64,000 bases of DNA, taken from Candidatus Latescibacterota bacterium (lineage in GTDB: Bacteria > Krumholzibacteriota > Krumholzibacteriia > WVZY01 > JAKEHA01). The stretch's first letter is position 1. Each line of letters opens with the position of its first letter. Below the pieces are notes generated by a model, which ran no database searches, was not told the DNA's origin, and saw only the letters and a list, made by a program, of their open reading frames with translations. The stretch is taken from assembly GCA_963707635.1 (NCBI GenBank), contig OY970173.1:2240001-2304000 (forward strand). Reading direction: 5' to 3'. The position numbers and the translations under genes were made by a program. Below, one piece after another: positions 8,503 to 17,766 of the stretch.

Positions 8503-8727
8503 CGTTTCTGGGGGCGCCCGGGGCCCCAACCCACCCCAACCGACAACCCCCGGCCGCACCGGCGCCGGCCCTCCGGAAGCGCGTGCGCCATCTGGCCACG
8601 CATCCTGCCCGCCCGGCTCAGCCAGGCCACTGGCTCACGCCGGCCCGGAAACGCAAGGCGGCGGAGCGCTATGCACTCCGCCGCCTGGCACGAACCCACC
8701 CACGGGTTTCACTCTCGGAGAACGGGC

Positions 8728-10671
8728 CTACCCCACCAGTTTCGGGGTCACGAAGATGATCAGCTCGCGCTTCTGCTTGGTCTTCGACTCGTAGCGGAAG
8801 AGCGGGCCGAGCAGCGGCACGTCCTTGAGGACCGGCACGCCGGAGCGCAGCGAGCTTTCGACCTCGCTGATCAGGCCGCCGATGACCGCCGTCTCGCCGT
8901 TGCCGACGACGACGCGGGTATCGGCTTCCTGCAGGCTGATGATCACGCCACCCTGAACCGTCGCCTGCGAGGACAGGTCCGACAGCTCCGGATGGAGGTC
9001 CATGGTGATGGTTCCGTCGTCGTTGACGTGCGGAGTCACCATCAGGATGACGCCGATCTTCTTCAACTCGGTGATCGGATTACCCGCCTCGTCACTGACG
9101 ATGAGGGGAATCTCCTTGCCGACCATGATCCGGGCCTGCTGGTTGTCGGCCGTGGTCACGTGCGGGTTGGAGACGATGTTGGCCTTGTTGTCCTTCTCGA
9201 GCGCCTCGAGCACCAGATTCAACTCGCCCCACGACTGCACGGTTCCGGCGCGAAGCGTTCCAAATGGATCCGCCAGGCGCTGGCCGGTCACGATGTCGCC
9301 GGCCCCGTTGTTGCCGAACTGGAGATTCATCGCTTCCCAGTTCACGCCGAGTTCACGGGTGGCCTGGTGGTCGACGTCGACCATCTTGGCCACGATCTCC
9401 ACCTGGCGAAGCTTCTGGTCCATATCCTTGATGATCTGAACCAGCCGGTCGATATTCGCCGGAACCTCGGCGATCACGACGGAGTTTGTTCCCTTCTCCG
9501 CCTCGACCTTGCCGCGCGGCGTGGTGCTCTTGCTCAACGCCTGCTTGACTTCGGTCGCGTTCAGGTAGTTCAGCTTGACCACCTGGGTGCGCAGCGACGC
9601 CATTTCCTCTTTCTTGCGCTCCACGGTGACGGCCTTGACTTCGTCCTCCTGGAGCTGGTCGACAGGGGCGACACGGATGATGCCGTAGTCTTCGCGCCAC
9701 CCGTACCCCTGGCTCTTGAGGATGGTGTCGAGCGCTTCCTTCCACGGCACGTTCTTCAGGTGAATGACCACCGCGCCCTCGACTTCGGGGCCGGCGATAA
9801 TGTTGACGCCCGAGAACTCGGAAACGCTGCGCAGCACCGTCTTGATGTCGGCGCCCTGGACGTCGATGGTCATGGCCTGATTGGACAGCGTGCTGCCGTA
9901 GACCGGAGTGGACATCTCGGCGGCAACGCGGGTCGTGTTCCGTGCCATGGCGATATCGTCCTTGGCGGGCACCGCCTCGTTCTCCGAGGGGGCCGGCCAC
10001 GCGTTCGAGAGCTCGTCATCCGCCGACGACGTCGCGGGCTGCGCCTGCCATTCGTCGGCCGCCGGCTGCGGCGCGGGCTCGACCGGCTTCGCTTCCGCTT
10101 CGGCCGGCTGGGGTGCGGCCTCGGCCGGCTGCGCGGGAGGCGTCGTCACCTCGGCGACCGAGTCGGCCGCCGGGGCGGGAGCCGCCGCGGGCGCCGCGCT
10201 CGCGGGGGCCGGCGCGGGAGCGGCAGTCGGCGCGTCGCCGAAGAGGCTCGCGCCCATGACCTCCGCCGTCTGCGAGAAGCTCACCTCGAGAGCGGTACCC
10301 CTGCGGGTCACCTTATAATGAGTGCCGTCCGCCAGCTCGAAGACGACTCGCGTCACCAGGTCGGGCTCGGACTTGAACTGGCTCGCGCGTATCGCGGTCA
10401 CGAGCTTGCCGTCCGCCGTCAGCGTCTGGGGCTCGACCAGGTTACGCACGCCCACCAGATCAATCACCAGCCGCGAGGGCTCGGTCATCGTGTATTCCTG
10501 GTACTGGACGACGCCCGACGGGTTGATCGTGTAGGTCGTCGACGTCGGCGTCTGCGCGAGCTCGACCTTGTCGAGCTTCGTCACTTCGCCGCCGGCCACC
10601 GACGCCAGCGCGACCAGGCCCGCGACCAGCGTCGCGAGGATAGTCACTTGTATTCCAGACAGTCTTTTCAT
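8728..10671 (-). CDS. pilQ: Type IV pilus secretin PilQ (AMIN domain, Ala/Pro linker, N0/N3, secretin)
   Basis: PSRLVIDL/TRVVFEL AMIN; NVPWKEALD; SNPHVTTADN; SGVPVLKDVPLLGPLFR; RELIIFVTP. Confidence 0.95.
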   Translation of the reverse strand: MKRLSGIQVTILATLVAGLVALASVAGGEVTKLDKVELAQTPTSTTYTINPSGVVQYQEYTMTEPSRLVIDLVGVRNLVEPQTLTADGKLVTAIRASQFKSEPDLVTRVVFELADGTHYKVTRRGTALEVSFSQTAEVMGASLFGDAPTAAPAPAPASAAPAAAPAPAADSVAEVTTPPAQPAEAAPQPAEAEAKPVEPAPQPAADEWQAQPATSSADDELSNAWPAPSENEAVPAKDDIAMARNTTRVAAEMSTPVYGSTLSNQAMTIDVQGADIKTVLRSVSEFSGVNIIAGPEVEGAVVIHLKNVPWKEALDTILKSQGYGWREDYGIIRVAPVDQLQEDEVKAVTVERKKEEMASLRTQVVKLNYLNATEVKQALSKSTTPRGKVEAEKGTNSVVIAEVPANIDRLVQIIKDMDQKLRQVEIVAKMVDVDHQATRELGVNWEAMNLQFGNNGAGDIVTGQRLADPFGTLRAGTVQSWGELNLVLEALEKDNKANIVSNPHVTTADNQQARIMVGKEIPLIVSDEAGNPITELKKIGVILMVTPHVNDDGTITMDLHPELSDLSSQATVQGGVIISLQEADTRVVVGNGETAVIGGLISEVESSLRSGVPVLKDVPLLGPLFRYESKTKQKRELIIFVTPKLVG

Positions 10672-10685
10672 CGTTCCACTCCTTC

Positions 10686-11183
10686 TTATCGACCAATGAG
10701 GCGCAGTCTGACTGTCGTCGTCTGACCGAAGTTGGTGACGCGAGCCACCAGTTCATCTTCGCCGATCGAAACCACGCTGCCGTTGTGCACGCGGTCACCG
10801 ACGCGCAGAATGTAGCTGTACCCCTGCGTGTCCTCGAGCAGGGCAAAGCGATCCACTTCGCCACGCACGACACCGACCAGTTGCACGGCGCTCAAGTTGA
10901 CCAGGTCCATCTTGTCGCTCTGGTTGAAGGCGCCCTCCACCAGCGACCGGAACGGATCCCGATGGTTGAATGCATCGTAGTAGTAGAGGTTTTCACGCAG
11001 GACGACCTTGCCCTCGGCGTTGACCGTGGGCGTCACCGTCGCGGGGCTGCCCGGAGCCGGCACCGCCGTCGAGTCCGCGGGCGCGCTCACCTGCGCGCGC
11101 ACCAGTACCGCGAAGGACGCGGCGCAGAGGAACGCGGCGGCAATGCTAGTCGTTGCTCGCGTGCTGATCATTGACGGTCTCAT
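10686..11183 (-). CDS. pilP: PilP-like protein
   Basis: Y...RDPF motif, LVGVV..ALLED..G..Y.LRVGD; position between pilO and pilQ; GGAGGT SD. Confidence 0.8.
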   Translation of the reverse strand: MRPSMISTRATTSIAAAFLCAASFAVLVRAQVSAPADSTAVPAPGSPATVTPTVNAEGKVVLRENLYYYDAFNHRDPFRSLVEGAFNQSDKMDLVNLSAVQLVGVVRGEVDRFALLEDTQGYSYILRVGDRVHNGSVVSIGEDELVARVTNFGQTTTVRLRLIGR

Positions 11184-11823
11184 TGGTAACACCTCCGAGC
11201 AGCGTATAGGCGGTGAGGGTGAATTTCGCTTCCACCGTGTTGTTGGAGCGGCTGGCGACGTTCTTGGTCGCGTCGTCCGCCTTCTTCTTGCTGGTGCTGG
11301 TCTTCTTCTTCCCGCCCTTCAACTCCTTGGGCTGGCCCAGAACCATGTCCGACACGTTCACGATGCGATCCATGTTGGCGAGGCGGCCGATGAAGGATCC
11401 CACCTGGTGGTAGTTGCCCCGCACGGTCACCGCGATCGGGTGCTCGGAATGGAATTCCTTGGTGATGACCGCCTTGGGCTCGAACAGCGCGAATTCGACC
11501 CCGGCGCGGCTTCCCGCCATGGTCACCTGCCGCAGCAGTTCGGGCATTTCCTTCTCTTCGGGGAGGAGCTCCTGCGCCGCGAGCCACTGATCGTGGAGGC
11601 GCTCATACTCCGCCTCCAGCCGCGCGAGGTCGCCGACAACCTTGCGCGCTTTCTCTACCTCGGCCGCGAGGCGCTCGTGCTCGACTTCGAGCTGCGCGAT
11701 CTTCGCCTTGCGCGCCGGGTAGCTGAACGGCAGGAACGAGGTACCGAAGTACACGTATCCCGCGGCGATCAACGCGACCACGCCGATTGCGATTTTTTGT
11801 GTCTTTGGATCTTTGAGGCTCAT
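11146..11823 (-). CDS. pilO: Type IV pilus alignment protein PilO
   Basis: TM plus coiled coil; LPEEKEMPELL; V.GNYHQVGSFI..LANMDRIVNV. Confidence 0.92.
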   Translation of the reverse strand: MSLKDPKTQKIAIGVVALIAAGYVYFGTSFLPFSYPARKAKIAQLEVEHERLAAEVEKARKVVGDLARLEAEYERLHDQWLAAQELLPEEKEMPELLRQVTMAGSRAGVEFALFEPKAVITKEFHSEHPIAVTVRGNYHQVGSFIGRLANMDRIVNVSDMVLGQPKELKGGKKKTSTSKKKADDATKNVASRSNNTVEAKFTLTAYTLLGGVTNETVNDQHASND

Positions 11824-11887
11824 GGTTACCCTTCCCTCTATGCCTGGTCGGCGGTCCGACACCGCCGTTCGGTGTCGTGCATCCGGT

Positions 11888-12448
11888 TCAGTCCACCAGT
11901 TTGGCGTTCAGATCGAACTTGACCACCCGGACGCTCTCGATCTCACCTTCCTGGGCGCGAACCAGCGCCACCTCCGCAAATCGGCCCGACCGCTCGAGAC
12001 TCGTCATCAGATCGGCGATGATGAAGTTCGAGAAGGTGACGCCTTCGATCGTCAGCTTCGAGCCGCCGCTTTCGCTAACTTCCGTGATCCAGCAGTTGTC
12101 GGGCAGCGTGCCCGCCAGGTCGTTCATCATGCGCACCCGCTGGTACCGGTCCTTGTCCAGCGCGGCGATGATGGCCAGGCGCTTGTTGACTTCCTCGCGC
12201 TCCGCCTGGAGCTTGCGGATCCGGGCGAGCTGCGGCGCCAGGCGCTCGGACTCTTCTTTGAGGGCCGCGATCTTGGTTTCGTATTCCGTGATCTTGCGGC
12301 TCTGGAGCACCCAGATTCCCGCCACGGCGCCGGCGTACACGAAGATACCGAGCGACACCCACAGGACGGCGCCACCCGATATCGTCGGGAGACTGATCTT
12401 GCGCCGCGACGATCGTTCGTCGCTCGGGAGCAGGTTGATGCGAATCAT
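11888..12448 (-). CDS. pilN: PilN
   Basis: MIRINLLP N-terminus, TM, coiled coil, LP..CWIT. Confidence 0.93.
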   Translation of the reverse strand: MIRINLLPSDERSSRRKISLPTISGGAVLWVSLGIFVYAGAVAGIWVLQSRKITEYETKIAALKEESERLAPQLARIRKLQAEREEVNKRLAIIAALDKDRYQRVRMMNDLAGTLPDNCWITEVSESGGSKLTIEGVTFSNFIIADLMTSLERSGRFAEVALVRAQEGEIESVRVVKFDLNAKLVD

Positions 12449-13513
12449 CTACTTCGCCTCCCTTCGCAGCGCGAGACCGAGCGCGACCGTGAGCAGGGGT
12501 CCGACCCGCTCCACGTCGTCGCCCGTACCATCGAACAACCCCTCGGCGCGCGCCACCTGGGCGACGGCCGTGTTGGTCTGAAAGTCGATGCCGTGCTTTT
12601 CGGAAAGAATCTCGCGCAGGAACGGCACACACGCGCCGCCGCCCGAGAGCGCGGCGTGGTCGATCCGATCCGCGTCGCCCGCGGTCTTGAGGAAGGCGAT
12701 CGACCGCTCGATTCCCATCGAGATGTCGTTGGCCGCCTCGGCGATGACCTGCCGGAACCGGTTCGGGTCGTCGATTTCAGCGGCACCGGAAAGCATGTTT
12801 TCCGCCTCTTCGAAGGTGACCCCGAGTTCGCGCTGCACGGCTTCGACGAACACGTTGCTGCCGACGCCGAGGTCGCGGGTAAAGTACGGGATGTTGTTTT
12901 GGATGATGTTGATGTTGGTCAGGTCGGAACCGATATTGACCAGGCCGATGACGCGGCCGGCGGTGCTGTGGCCGATCGATTCCACCGCGTTTTGAATCGC
13001 GAACGAGTCCACGTCGATGATCACCGGGGTGAGCCCGGCTTCCTTGACGATGGCCGCGTGCGCGTTGACCATTTCCTTCTTTGCGGCGACCAGCAGGATT
13101 TCCATCTGGTTGGCGCCGACGTCGTCGTTCAACACCTGAAAGTCGAGGCACACGTCGTCGATATCGAACGGAACGTGCTGCTCGGCCTCCCAGAAGATGG
13201 CCTCCTTGGCGTCGTCCGGGTTCATCTTGTCCATCACGACCTTCTTCACGATGACCGCGCGACCCGAGACGGCGGTGACGACGTTGCGGGTCGTGACCCC
13301 GGCCTTCGCCATGCATTCCTGGATGCCCTGGACGACAAGGCTCTGATCCATGATCTCGCCCTCGACGATCGCTTCGGTCGGCAGCTTCACGATTCCGTAC
13401 TTCGTGAGCACCGGCTCGTCGTTGGAGTGATCGATTTCGACGACCTTGATCAGGCTGGAACCGATGTCCAGCCCGACGGACGTCTTGCTCTTGCGCGAGA
13501 ACAACTTCATCAC
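12449..13513 (-). CDS. pilM: Actin-like PilM
   Basis: VGLDIGSSLIKVVE, EAEQHVPF, LVAAKK, LSGGG, LGLALR. Confidence 0.95.
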   Translation of the reverse strand: MMKLFSRKSKTSVGLDIGSSLIKVVEIDHSNDEPVLTKYGIVKLPTEAIVEGEIMDQSLVVQGIQECMAKAGVTTRNVVTAVSGRAVIVKKVVMDKMNPDDAKEAIFWEAEQHVPFDIDDVCLDFQVLNDDVGANQMEILLVAAKKEMVNAHAAIVKEAGLTPVIIDVDSFAIQNAVESIGHSTAGRVIGLVNIGSDLTNINIIQNNIPYFTRDLGVGSNVFVEAVQRELGVTFEEAENMLSGAAEIDDPNRFRQVIAEAANDISMGIERSIAFLKTAGDADRIDHAALSGGGACVPFLREILSEKHGIDFQTNTAVAQVARAEGLFDGTGDDVERVGPLLTVALGLALRREAK

Positions 13514-13613
13514 GTCACCAGCCTTGAGCTTTGTTCGGACGAACGACTCGCCCAGGTCGCACCGCTAAGTGAAACAGTCATGTGCAAATACAGCTTGCCG
13601 CGGGCGGCGATCT

Positions 13614-13629
13614 CGCAACAAACATGCCA
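13614..13629 (-). promoter_or_regulatory. Sigma-54 promoter, pilMNOPQ
   Basis: TGGCAT-GTTTG-TTGCG (GG-N10-GC), intergenic ~100 nt upstream of pilM. Confidence 0.78.
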
Positions 13630-13762
13630 GCGATGGGGCGAGCAACGGTGCATGCGTCCCCGTATTAACTGGCTATACCCGAACAAGTTATTGTCCGGCG
13701 TGCGCGTTTCGGCCCGCTCCGGGCGGGAGTCCGACGTGCAATCTGCATCCGCGCGACGTGCA

Positions 13763-14548
13763 TTAGTGGGGGAGCCGGACCGCGCCCAGATAGAGGGCCA
13801 GCAGGCGTTCGCCGACGAACCACATGAGGCAGGCCGCCGGCGCGAGAAACGACCCGAACGCGACCGCGGTCTGCCCGTCGCCGCCTGCGCGGCGCATCAG
13901 GTAGACGCCATAGATGCTGCCCGCGGTCGCCGCCACCAGCAGCACCGCGAATACCATTTGCCAGCCGAGAAACGCCCCGATCATCGCCATGAGCTTCACG
14001 TCTCCCCCGCCCATCCCGTCGACCTTCCGCGCCGCCTTGTAGGCGAAAGCGATCAGGAGAATCAGCCCCGCCCCCACCGCCGAACCCACCAGCGAGTCGA
14101 CCACGGTGAGGTCGAGACAGACCAACGCGCCCACCCAGCCGAGCAGGGTGCCCCCGATCGAAAGGGGATCCGGGATGATCTGATGTTCCCAGTCGATGAA
14201 CGTGATCGCGATCATGATCGCGATGAAGGCGAACGCCCACGCACCCTCGAGGGTCCATCCGCCGAACGCCGTCGCGCCCACCGCGCCCACCCCGGTCAGC
14301 AGCTCCACCAGCGGGTAGCGAATCGGTATCTTCCAGCCGCACCGTCGACACCGGCCGCGGAGCAGCGCGTAGCTCGCCAGCGGCACGTTGTCGTACCACG
14401 CAATGGTCGCGCGGCACTGCGGGCACATCGACCGCCCTTTGACGACGGACTCGCCGCGGGGAACGCGATGGATGACCACGTTCAGGAAGCTCCCGATCAA
14501 CGCGCCCGGCAGAAAAGCGAGCAGTGGCCACCCCAGGTCAGCTGTCAT
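13763..14548 (-). CDS. pilD: Prepilin peptidase/N-methyltransferase
   Basis: GSFLNVVIHRVP, RSMCPQC, GRCRRC, IDWEHQIIPD, GMGGGDVKLM; GGAGGT SD. Confidence 0.96.
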   Translation of the reverse strand: MTADLGWPLLAFLPGALIGSFLNVVIHRVPRGESVVKGRSMCPQCRATIAWYDNVPLASYALLRGRCRRCGWKIPIRYPLVELLTGVGAVGATAFGGWTLEGAWAFAFIAIMIAITFIDWEHQIIPDPLSIGGTLLGWVGALVCLDLTVVDSLVGSAVGAGLILLIAFAYKAARKVDGMGGGDVKLMAMIGAFLGWQMVFAVLLVAATAGSIYGVYLMRRAGGDGQTAVAFGSFLAPAACLMWFVGERLLALYLGAVRLPH

Positions 14549-15242
14549 GGCGCACCTCCGCTTTCGGCCCCCGATGGCCACGCGCGTCCTCGCCGCTGCG
14601 CAACCGCTCGATGTAGCGCTGGGCCAGCTCGCGCATGTACGGCTGGTCCGTCTCCCGGGCCAATTCTTCCCACATCCGGATCGACGTCTCCGTGTGCCCC
14701 GCCTTCGAGTAAACGAACGCGGCAAAACGGCGCGCCTGGTCGCGGCCGCCGGGCATCCGCCCGGCGAGCTCGAAGTAGCGCGCCGCCTGCTCGGCGTCGT
14801 GCGCCACCGTGTAATGCAGGAAACCGATTTCGAACGGAAGCTCCCAGTCCTCCGGGTTGTGCTCCATGCCCCGCTTCAGGACCGCAACGCCACGCTCCAG
14901 GTCGCCCATGTCCTGCGCCATGACCACGGCGCCGAACAGGTATGGAAAGATGAAGTGGGGGTCGAGCTCGGTGACGATCTCGATCAAGCCGTCGAAGTAG
15001 GCGAGGTCGTGCTCGCTCTTCGCGTAGCCGCCGTAGTACTGCACGGCCTGGAACCAGGTCAGGTCGGCCGCGATCTCGCGGTAACCGAGCGAGGTCTGTT
15101 CGACGAGCTTCCCCGACGGGAGGTAGAGATTGCCCTCCAGGTAAGGGCGCACCCGATATTCCTGCACGTGGGCGGTGGCGAGCGCGAACGCCGCCACGAC
15201 CCCCACGCCCAGGGGCACCGAGTTGCCGATCCGCAGGTGCAT
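14538..15242 (-). CDS. Membrane-anchored TPR-like protein (positional equivalent of Myxococcus PilG)
   Basis: N-terminal TM, ADLTWFQAVQYYG, LDPHF, helical repeats; stop/start overlaps with ABC permease and pilD. Confidence 0.7.
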   Translation of the reverse strand: MHLRIGNSVPLGVGVVAAFALATAHVQEYRVRPYLEGNLYLPSGKLVEQTSLGYREIAADLTWFQAVQYYGGYAKSEHDLAYFDGLIEIVTELDPHFIFPYLFGAVVMAQDMGDLERGVAVLKRGMEHNPEDWELPFEIGFLHYTVAHDAEQAARYFELAGRMPGGRDQARRFAAFVYSKAGHTETSIRMWEELARETDQPYMRELAQRYIERLRSGEDARGHRGPKAEVRHDS

Positions 15243-16006
15243 TAGCTCACTTCCCGCGCCCGAAACACCAGCGTCGCCAGATAGAGCACGACCGCGGTGT
15301 AGGCCAGTGCGTACAGGGTCACGGAGGTCATGAAGCCGTCTAGCAACGGGAGGTTGTGCACGGCTTCGGTGCGGATGTTCAAGAGCTCGAGGTTCGGGAG
15401 CAGATAGTAGGCGCCGGTGGCAACGATGCGCGGAACCGTTCCACCCATGCGCTCGGCAAACACGAGCAAGTCCGACGCGAAGTGCCCGCTCACGACGCAC
15501 GCGATCGTGAACAGGGACCCCAGCAGTGGCGAGCTGAACGACGCGAAGAACGTGAGCAGCGCGGTCACCAGCGCGACCTCGAGCAGGGTCAGGTACACCG
15601 ATCGCAAAATGTTCGCCGTCACCGCCGCCCCGCTCAGAACGAGCACCAGAAAATGCACCGCGGCCATCATCACCACCACCATCGCGATGGTGACCACCGT
15701 CCCGGCGTACTTGCCGAGCACGAATTCGACGCGCGAAATCGGCTTGGCGAGCAGCGCCCGCTGAATGCCCCGTTCCTTCTCCATGTGGAAGGAGCCGGCG
15801 CCCAGTAGCACGATCAGCACCACCGCGAAGATCGAGACCGCCGCCAGGCCGATGTCGACGACGATCTTCTGCTGCGCCCCGACGGCGAGCGGCGAGAGCA
15901 CGTACGAGGAACCCATCAGCAGGGCCGCGAAAATCATGACCACCAGCAGGATGCGCTCCTGCAGGTAGCTTCGAACCGTGAATCGCGCCAGGGCGAGCAT
16001 GGGCAT
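15242..16006 (-). CDS. ABC-2 type permease (PilI-like)
   Basis: About 6 TM segments; E.ERG....LLAKPISRVEFVLGKY. Confidence 0.88.
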   Translation of the reverse strand: MPMLALARFTVRSYLQERILLVVMIFAALLMGSSYVLSPLAVGAQQKIVVDIGLAAVSIFAVVLIVLLGAGSFHMEKERGIQRALLAKPISRVEFVLGKYAGTVVTIAMVVVMMAAVHFLVLVLSGAAVTANILRSVYLTLLEVALVTALLTFFASFSSPLLGSLFTIACVVSGHFASDLLVFAERMGGTVPRIVATGAYYLLPNLELLNIRTEAVHNLPLLDGFMTSVTLYALAYTAVVLYLATLVFRAREVS

Positions 16007-16008
16007 GG

Positions 16009-16986
16009 TTACCGCCGGGTCAACGCCGGCTCGTGTTCTTCGGGCGCGGCGGCCGGGGTTGCGGTCGTCGCGCCGACGGCGTCGACAAACACGTCCTCCA
16101 GCCGCGTGCGCACGGGCCTCACTTCGACCACGCGTCCGTTGGACGCATACACGTCGGCGACCAGCGCCTTGAGCTTCTGGTCGCCGGCGCAGCGCACGAT
16201 CATCAAGTTGTCGCGCGTGAATACCGACTCGACGCCGTACTCGCGGGTGTGGAGCCGGCGTTCGTCGAGCCCGGCAATCGTGACTTCCATCTGGGTCGTG
16301 TGGTCGGAGTAGACCTCGTTGAGGTCGAGCACGCGGGCGATCCTGCCCCCGCTCAGGATGCCGACGCGGTCGCACACCGCTTCGACATCGGGAACGATGT
16401 GGGACGACATCATGATGGTCTTGCCCTGGGCCTTGAGCGCCACCAGGAGTTCGCGCAGCTGCTTGCGCCCGACCGGGTCGAGGCCGCTGTAGGGCTCGTC
16501 CAATAGCAGCAGAGCCGGGTCGTTCATTAACGCGGTGGCAATTCCGAGGCGCTGCCGCATCCCCTTCGAGTAGTGCTGGATGCGGATGGCGCGCTTTTCG
16601 CCCAGGCCGACCAGCTCGATCAACTCGTCCGCCCGCGCGCGCGACGCGCGCCGGGACATGCGAAACAGATCCCCGACCAGCACGAGCATGTCGGCCGCGT
16701 TGAGCTGTGGGTAGAGCCCGACCTCCTCGCCCAGGTAGCCGATCCGCGCCCGGGTGGCGGAAGTGGCGCCTTCCTTCCCGAAGATCATCACGCGACCCTG
16801 GTCGGGCCGGAGCAGACCGAGAATGACTCTCATGGTGGTCGACTTCCCCGCCCCGTTGTGACCGAGGAAGCCGTAGACCTCTCCCGGCTCGAGGGTCAGG
16901 TCGACGCCGCGCAGAACGGGCGTGCGGACACCCCAGAATCCGGCCCGGAAGGCCTTATGGATGCCGTGAAGTTCGAGAATGGGCAT
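16009..16986 (-). CDS. ABC transporter ATP-binding protein (PilH-like)
   Basis: GHNGAGKST, YSKGMRQR, LLLLDEP, SSH. Confidence 0.93.
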   Translation of the reverse strand: MPILELHGIHKAFRAGFWGVRTPVLRGVDLTLEPGEVYGFLGHNGAGKSTTMRVILGLLRPDQGRVMIFGKEGATSATRARIGYLGEEVGLYPQLNAADMLVLVGDLFRMSRRASRARADELIELVGLGEKRAIRIQHYSKGMRQRLGIATALMNDPALLLLDEPYSGLDPVGRKQLRELLVALKAQGKTIMMSSHIVPDVEAVCDRVGILSGGRIARVLDLNEVYSDHTTQMEVTIAGLDERRLHTREYGVESVFTRDNLMIVRCAGDQKLKALVADVYASNGRVVEVRPVRTRLEDVFVDAVGATTATPAAAPEEHEPALTRR

Positions 16987-17053
16987 GGTTGGTTTTCGGG
17001 CAAGGGCCCGCCTAAAGGTGCTAGTAGCAGGGTTCGTACCGATTCGCGCCCGG

Positions 17054-17091
17054 AAAAGACTCGGGGCGGGAGCCTTCCGGCTCCCGCCCCG
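17054..17091 (-). terminator. Hairpin terminator or attenuator after pilA
   Basis: 13-bp stem CGGGGCGGGAGCC/GGCTCCCGCCCCG, 4-nt loop, then AGTCTTTT on minus strand. Confidence 0.8.
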
Positions 17092-17115
17092 TGTCGTTAC
17101 GCGTCGACGCCCGGC

Positions 17116-17556
17116 TTACTGGCCGCTCGTCAGCGTGATGATGACCGTCACGCCGTCTTTGCCCAGCGCGTCGATGATGTAACCGTCCCAGGTACCGTCA
17201 CCATCCGGGTCCTGAGGCTGGTAGCCAACCTGGCCAGCGCCTGCAGCCGCACCGTCGACCGGCGAGTCCGCAACGCGCGAGAACGGGTTGACCAGCTGCG
17301 CACCGGCCGGGAGCAGACCCGTGAGGGTCGTGCCACCGGGCGTCACGTCGGCAGCAACGTCGGCCGCGTACACGCCGTCGTTCTGGACCGAGAAGTCCTC
17401 GGCCGCAAGCTGCGTCGTGTGCGCGTTCGACTTCGCCGACGCCTCTTTGGCGCGCGACTGCATGTTGATGAAGTTCGGAATCGCGATGGCCGCGAGAATG
17501 CCGATGATCACAACGACGATCATCAGCTCGATGAGAGTGAAACCTTTGTTACGCAC
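17116..17556 (-). CDS. pilA: Major type IVa pilin
   Basis: KG|FTLIELMIVVVIIGILAAIAIPNF; strong AGGAGG SD; own sigma-54 promoter and terminator. Confidence 0.95.
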   Translation of the reverse strand: MRNKGFTLIELMIVVVIIGILAAIAIPNFINMQSRAKEASAKSNAHTTQLAAEDFSVQNDGVYAADVAADVTPGGTTLTGLLPAGAQLVNPFSRVADSPVDGAAAGAGQVGYQPQDPDGDGTWDGYIIDALGKDGVTVIITLTSGQ

Positions 17557-17633
17557 TGGACAACCTCCTATTTAGCTGTTGCGCGTAGGGTGAGTAACCA
17601 TCCGGATCGTTCATCGATCCTGACCCACCAATG

Positions 17634-17649
17634 GGCAAGTCGCATGCCA
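17634..17649 (-). promoter_or_regulatory. Sigma-54 promoter, pilA
   Basis: TGGCAT-GCGAC-TTGCC (GG-N10-GC), between pilR and pilA. Confidence 0.85.
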
Positions 17650-17766
17650 ACTCGATTCCTGCCCGCCCGCCTGTATCTCATGCTTCCTTCCTGTGTTGGC
17701 GACGCACCGCGCGTTCCCCACCGCCATCGCGCCGCCGCGCCGGGCGGAGCCGCCGCGCCCCGCGAC

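Noticed and set aside
10000..10260. Low-complexity GC repeats in pilQ (also 31250-31520 in the TPR gene)
   Set aside because: Explained by Ala/Pro-rich protein linkers, not DNA-level repeats
13583..13600. Second sigma-54-like site upstream of pilM (CGGCAAGCTGTATTTGCA)
   Set aside because: GG to GC spacing is 12 nt rather than the required 10
17116..17556. Conductive e-pilin
   Set aside because: Geobacter-like N-terminus but full length, lacks aromatics at mature positions 27 and 32, and has only 8 F/W/Y in 141 residues
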